From assembly GCA_964016885.1 (NCBI GenBank), contig OZ024740.1:288300001-288364000 (forward strand): 64,000 nucleotides of DNA, written 5' to 3'. This DNA is from Eledone cirrhosa. Taxonomy: Eukaryota. Under the pieces are notes generated by a model. The model saw only the letters and a program-made list of their open reading frames with translations. It was not told the DNA's origin and searched no databases. Both the position numbers and the translations under genes were made by a program. This document shows, in pieces, positions 58,051 to 64,000 of this stretch. How positions within the stretch are numbered: the stretch's first letter is position 1; every line of letters begins with the position of its first letter.

Positions 58051-58075
58051 ATATATATATATATATGTATATATA

Positions 58076-58298
58076 TAGGAAAAAGTATGACCCCGACGGC
58101 AGAGCTCAAGCCCTTTCGACGGCTATTTCTGGACTAAAAAAAAAAAATTCTAATTTAGTCCAGAAATAGCCGTCGAAACGGCTTGAGCTCTGCCGTCGGG
58201 GTCATACTTTTTCCTATTACCCACTCTACTACCCTAAGTATTAAGTACTCTGGTGCGTTATGGTCCATCTGGTTCCTTACCACAATTCCTTCGTTATA
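58076..58298. mobile_element. Fold-back half-hammerhead element between (TA)n tracts
   Basis: Arms 58076-58138 and 58154-58216. GAAA-cggcttgagctctgccg-TC-ggggtc. Confidence 0.8.
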
Positions 58299-58561
58299 TA
58301 TATATATATATACACACACATTCCTGTCTATTTGTTCATACTCATATATCCTCAAGAGTATTAGAGTGAGCATATAGAGTTTGAATGTATTTGTTTTACA
58401 CGATATATACGTGGATTTGTGTGTATGTGTGTTTAATGCTGTAATTGGGTCGAGTTTTTTGTTTACGTGTGTGTGTGTTGGTAATTTTCGGATGTATGTC
58501 AAGAGCAGGGAAATCTCTAAATGAGTGAAATGGAGACAAAAAGTGACTGACAGATAGATTG

Positions 58562-58694
<133 letters not shown>

Positions 58695-59071
58695 GTGTGT
58701 GCGCGTGTGTGTACGTGCGCCTGTGTGGGAGTGTGTATGTGTGAGAGAGAGAGAGAAAGGGAAGACGTACTTGATGAAAGAGAGTGATAGTGGGTGAGAG
58801 ATAAGGTTTGACCTTGAAATGGTGGTGGAAACTATAAGACCTATGAGGTGGTGGAAACAAATGCTTTAGATTTCTTGTGGAGAAATCAAAAAGACCATTG
58901 GAAATCTGTTGTCGGGGAAGAGAGAACGAGGGTAGTAGTGAAAAAATGGTGGGGAAAATTGTACATAGAAGGGGGGAGAGAATTAATATTTGTGAAAACA
59001 AAATGTAAATAGCTATCATTAAAAAGCCTAGATACACAAGCTATACTGAAGGTTATTAATATTGATTTCTA

Positions 59072-59375
59072 GTTCAAGGACAAGGCCAATACATTTTGGG
59101 GAAGGGCAAAATTGACTAAACGGGCAAACTTGACTGGTACTTATTTTATCGACCACGAAAGTATGAAAGGCATAGTTGATTTCGACGGTATTTGAACTTA
59201 GAATATAAAAAAGAGCCATAACAAATACAACAGAGTCGTTAGAACGTTGGATAGAATGCTTTGCGGTCTGCGCTCCGGCTCACTGTTCTTTGAGTTCAAA
59301 TCCCACGGAGGTCAACTTTGTCTTTTATCCTTTCGAAGTTGATAAAAAAAAGTATCAGTCTAACATTGGAGTCAA
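59072..59375. mobile_element. Two diverged SINEs head-to-head
   Basis: Older members of the dominant family. Confidence 0.7.
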
Positions 59376-59401
59376 TTCTTCTTCTATATCTCTTTCTCAC
59401 T

Positions 59402-59553
59402 TCCATTCTCTCATTCTCTCCTCTGGAAGAATCTGCTGTATTCCGACCTGGAGAGGGATGGGTTCCGCCAGGTTTTTACCATTCTCTCATTCTCCCCTCT
59501 GGAAGAATCTGCTGTATTCCGACCTGGAGAGGGATGGGTTCCGCCAGGTTTTT
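59402..59553. repeat. ~77-bp tandem duplication of a dispersed repeat (also near 5695, 14800, 27720, 41895)
   Basis: ctggaagaatctgctgtattccgacctggagagggatgggttccgccaggtttt occurs twice. Confidence 0.8.
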
Positions 59554-60909
59554 AAAAAAGTCCAAGAAATGCCGCATGTCAATACAGCTCCCCAATGTCT
59601 CTCTCGGGAGTTACGGGTCCATGCATATTATTTGTATTTCTTTGTCATGTGTTGATATAGTATTCTTTTTTTAATTTGGGAACAGTAAGAGCGGCATATC
59701 TATATGACGCTCTAGCAATTAACTTCTTTTGTGCTTCCTCTGCATTTTCACTTTGCAGTAGTTGAGTTATTCTTATTCGTTCTTCGGGTCTTTCTTCTGT
59801 TTCTTTTTGTGCTTCTTGTTGTTTTGCAGCCCTTATATTTCTTTCCAATTCACGTCGAGCATTGATATTTTCTTGTGTTAATCTTTGCCTTCCTTTGAGA
59901 ACTTAACTTTTTAACCTGTTCAATTTGCGATTAACTATTTGCTAAGTCGGAATTAAGTATTGCTACTTTCTGGACTTCTCTTTCTCGTACCTTTATCTTA
60001 CCCAGCCTTACCCGAACCAATCTGGAAAAAACAAGTCTTTCATCTAAATCTTCCATATAAGAGATATAGAGAATGGTGTGTGTGTGTGGGGGGGGGGGGG
60101 GGGCTTCCTTATAAAAATCCAGCGGAATCAAGCAGCAACAATACTTTCAAATAGAAAAAGCTCTAATGCAAATGAACATATAAAAGAAACTGGATGGTGA
60201 ATGTAATGAGATATTAAACATAAAAAGGACGATTCCATCTTCTTACCAACCAAATTTTAATCATAAACTTTATATTAAAAAACACAGTAAGAAAAAAGAT
60301 ACCACTTACATCATCTTTTTACCTCGTAAATAGTGAAAATGAAACTAGAGAAAATTTAGATCGAAAAGAATGCAAAGACAAACACCTACAATATTAAAAA
60401 CAAAGAATATCAATTCTAAAAGGAGAATGAATTCTACTTACCAATTTCTAATCATAAACTTTATATAAAATAATGTAGCCAGAGGAGAAAAAATACAATT
60501 TAGATCATATTTTTGTTCCCGTAATAAGTGAAACCCTGCCGCTATAAAGACTTCGTTAAATAGAATATTTAACAGAAAAGTAAAGAAAAAAAACTTTTGC
60601 TTATGAACACAAATAAAAACTAGATAGTATATATAATGGAGTGTTAATTAAAAATAAATAAACAATTTTACTTGACAATTTCTGAACATTATTAATAGAA
60701 AATAAAGCAACAAGAGAAAGAAAAAAAAGCGATATTATGTCTGTATAAGTTTCTATTAGGAAGTTTGAATTTTGTGCCGAAAGCGGTGATCAGCTCAGGA
60801 TTTGATATTGTTGGAAAATTGAGTTGTTATGTTGGATTTATATTAGCTAATTCGTACTAATCATCATTATCGCCATCAACGTTATCATCATCGCCATTCC
60901 CCTGCATTC

Positions 60910-61065
<156 letters not shown>

Positions 61066-61238
61066 TATTTATAGTTATGTATATAGTATAAACAACCATA
61101 AACAGGAAGGTCAGTAATATCTTAATTACCTTATTACCAGTAAGAGAAATACCTCAATGTATGAACATCAGTTGTTTTACAGAGCAGTTAAATAAATAAA
61201 TTATACAATTATCAAAGTTGTGTTCAAATCATTTAATA

Positions 61239-61283
61239 GCTGACAATCGTTTCTTCCAAACTCTCGTTTGGAATCATCGGAGC
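61239..61283 (-). ncRNA. Type I hammerhead ribozyme, U4C core variant
   Basis: gct-CCGATGA-ttccaaac gaga gtttggaa-GAAA-cgattg-TC-agc. Confidence 0.82.
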
Positions 61284-62005
61284 ATTATCAATGTTTGCAC
61301 ATATAATTACCCTCCTATCCAACTGAACAATAATATAGATACATACAAATTGATGTTGTGAGCAACAGTTTCGTATTTACAGGGTGGAATGGATGTGACA
61401 TATATTTTACGAGAATTGTACAATAATTGTACAAACATTCAGGTTCAAATTCAAATCAAAATTAAAATTAAAATCAAAATCAAAAGCACGCAGTGGAATA
61501 CATGCAACAGTTAAAACAAGGGAATAGTCCAAATATTAAAGAGGCATTGGGGAAGCAGTTTTGAGAAAGCAAGAGTGCGATAACAAATCATGCAATAACA
61601 AATCACATGCAGGCGTGTGGATAGTGTGACTGCGTAAGTCATATACATGAGAAGGAGACAAGCAAAGCTATTATGCACATATAGATGAATAAATACTACA
61701 ATTGAAGCAAATATGTTAATATATTAGAGTCTATGGTGGGTGTTGAATGTTGATGGTGTTCGAATTAATGTGTGTTGAGAAACATACAGTTTTTGCATAC
61801 TTTTCCTTGACATATATTGAATTAAATTTCAGTTAATGTTTATATTGAGTGTTTTAAGTTAGTTAGAGCAATGGATTGTAAATTAGTCTTAATGAATAGT
61901 CTATGAATATGAATTCATTAAGACTAATTTACAATCCATTGTAATCCAACAATAATATACGTCTGGATCGGTCCTCAGACAGAGATGTTTGGCGATGTTT
62001 GACAT

Positions 62006-62074
62006 CTCTGTCTGACGACCGATCCAGACGTATATTATTTATTGCCTAGGATCCAGAAACCTTTGGTAATGGAG
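62006..62074 (+). ncRNA. Type I hammerhead ribozyme with a large stem II loop
   Basis: ctctgt-CTGACGA-cc gatcc..ggatc ca-GAAA-cc ttt gg-TA-atggag. Confidence 0.7.
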
Positions 62075-62101
62075 TAGTTATATTTTGTGTTGTTCACTTT
62101 C

Positions 62102-62514
<413 letters not shown>

Positions 62515-62661
62515 CAAATTTGGTATACATATTCAAGGGTTTAGAGCACTCTGTTGATAGGACGAGTTAAATATAATTACAAAGTGACATATCAAGTTTC
62601 GTTGGGCTATTCACCCCAGCTCATTCAGCTTGACAAAAAATTACAAAATATATATATATGT

Positions 62662-63188
62662 ATAGTGTACCGCAGCATTCACGGTCCCCGTTATTCGCGG
62701 GATTTTCCATAGAAACTAGCTAATAAGTGTTCGTGGAAACCACCGCATATTCGCGGAATTGTAAATATCTTCCGCGATATTTTTATGGCTTTTTTTGTGG
62801 CAATATATATTTATTCACGCTTTTTAACGCTAAATTATTAATAACATTATACCATATTTGCCGGCGTGGTTTGGCAGTATCGGTAGAGCGTCAGACACCA
62901 TGCTTTGCAGCGTAGAGTTATGGCCCTTTGTGTTCTGAGTTCAAATCTGCCGAGGTTAACTTTGCCTTTCATCCTTACGGGGGTTGATAAAATAAAGTAC
63001 CAGTGATGCACTGGGTTAATCGCTGGCATTGTGCCAAAAGTAGAAACTCTATATTTTACGTTGTTTTGACGTTTATAGGCATTTAAAAATGCCTATAAAC
63101 GTCAAAAGAACGTTCAATATTCGCGGTTTTTCACTCTTCGCGGGTGCTCTAGGAACGTAACCCCCACGCATACCGGGGAACAACTGTA
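62662..63188. mobile_element. Degraded pogo/Tigger-like MITE with a nested SINE (62862-63047 +)
   Basis: Repeated attcgcgg subterminal motifs, 3' end ggggaacaactgta, SINE inside. Confidence 0.55.
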
Positions 63189-63646
63189 TATATATATATA
63201 TATATATATAAATCAGGAAAGAAGGTTGACATGGTTTGCTATACAAAAAAGGTTTAATCACATAGCTTACATTTGTTTCACTGAGCTGGTAGGTCTAGAG
63301 ATCGCTATTCGCTTATTTTCGCGTTACTCGATCGCCAATACAAAATTATAACCAGTCAGATCTTCGGAGCATGCGAGAATGAAGAAAATACACAGGCAAG
63401 AAAAGAATATACAGGCTACTATATGAAGTAGTAATGGCATTCAATTAGAACAATAACAACAATTACAACAATGCTATTAATAAATTATTTAAGGAGACCC
63501 TAACATTACTTAGGTGGGGGGTATATAATGTATCTAACGTTACGGCGTGTAAAACTAGCTGTCATGAGGCAAAAGAAAGCGTTTGGCATGTAACCATAAC
63601 TGGACTTTACCTAGGTGGACTGCATTTAACTATTATTTGTTACCCC

Positions 63647-63692
<46 letters not shown>

Positions 63693-64000
63693 AAATAATA
63701 ATCACCACACCACGGTGGTCTATGATGTTTGTAATACTACGATGACTGGAAATTTACGAATTGGATTTAATTGTCTTTCGACAATCTTCATGTGGATAAA
63801 ATTACATTAGAGTTGTTTTAAATATCTGACTGCCTTTTACTGCTGTATTATCAACTCATATAATCTACCTTATATATATATAAAAGAAAATTAGGTTTTT
63901 TTTTTAAATGAAAAAAAAACGAGTGAAAGTATAAGAAAAAAAGATGAAATTGAAAATGCAACTGGAGTCTTTTTAAGAATATTTATTTGTTTTCTTTACC

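Noticed and set aside
59645-59930. Charged coiled-coil-like ORF on - (also 29735-29950)
   Set aside because: Short, interrupted, with no recognisable domain or clear splice sites. It could be a LINE ORF1 relic.

Overview
AT-rich, repeat-saturated animal non-coding DNA with no supportable host protein-coding gene. The SINE sequences and microsatellite load suggest a coleoid cephalopod, probably an octopus (inference). The ordinary content is about 30 copies of one tRNA-derived SINE, decayed LINE fragments, a few MITEs, a tRNA-Asn pseudogene, minisatellites and (TA)n/(CA)n/(CT)n tracts. The striking content is a dense population of Penelope-like elements (PLEs) and their non-coding relatives, nearly all sitting in (TA)n tracts. 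There are three PLE coding relics, including a Naiad-type RT+GIY-YIG element. There are more than 20 type-I minimal hammerhead ribozyme (HHR) motifs from roughly ten sequence families, several with unusual cores (U3-A8 swap, U4C, U4A) that recur between copies. About a dozen long fold-back palindromes are present, most with a hammerhead in each arm. The best candidate for an undescribed system is a ~450-nt non-coding hammerhead unit found three times as partial-tandem or circularly permuted copies with a covarying hairpin, as expected for a retrozyme-like circular RNA copied into the genome by PLE reverse transcriptase. All ribozyme calls are by-eye structural matches, and element boundaries are approximate unless a TSD or TIR is quoted.
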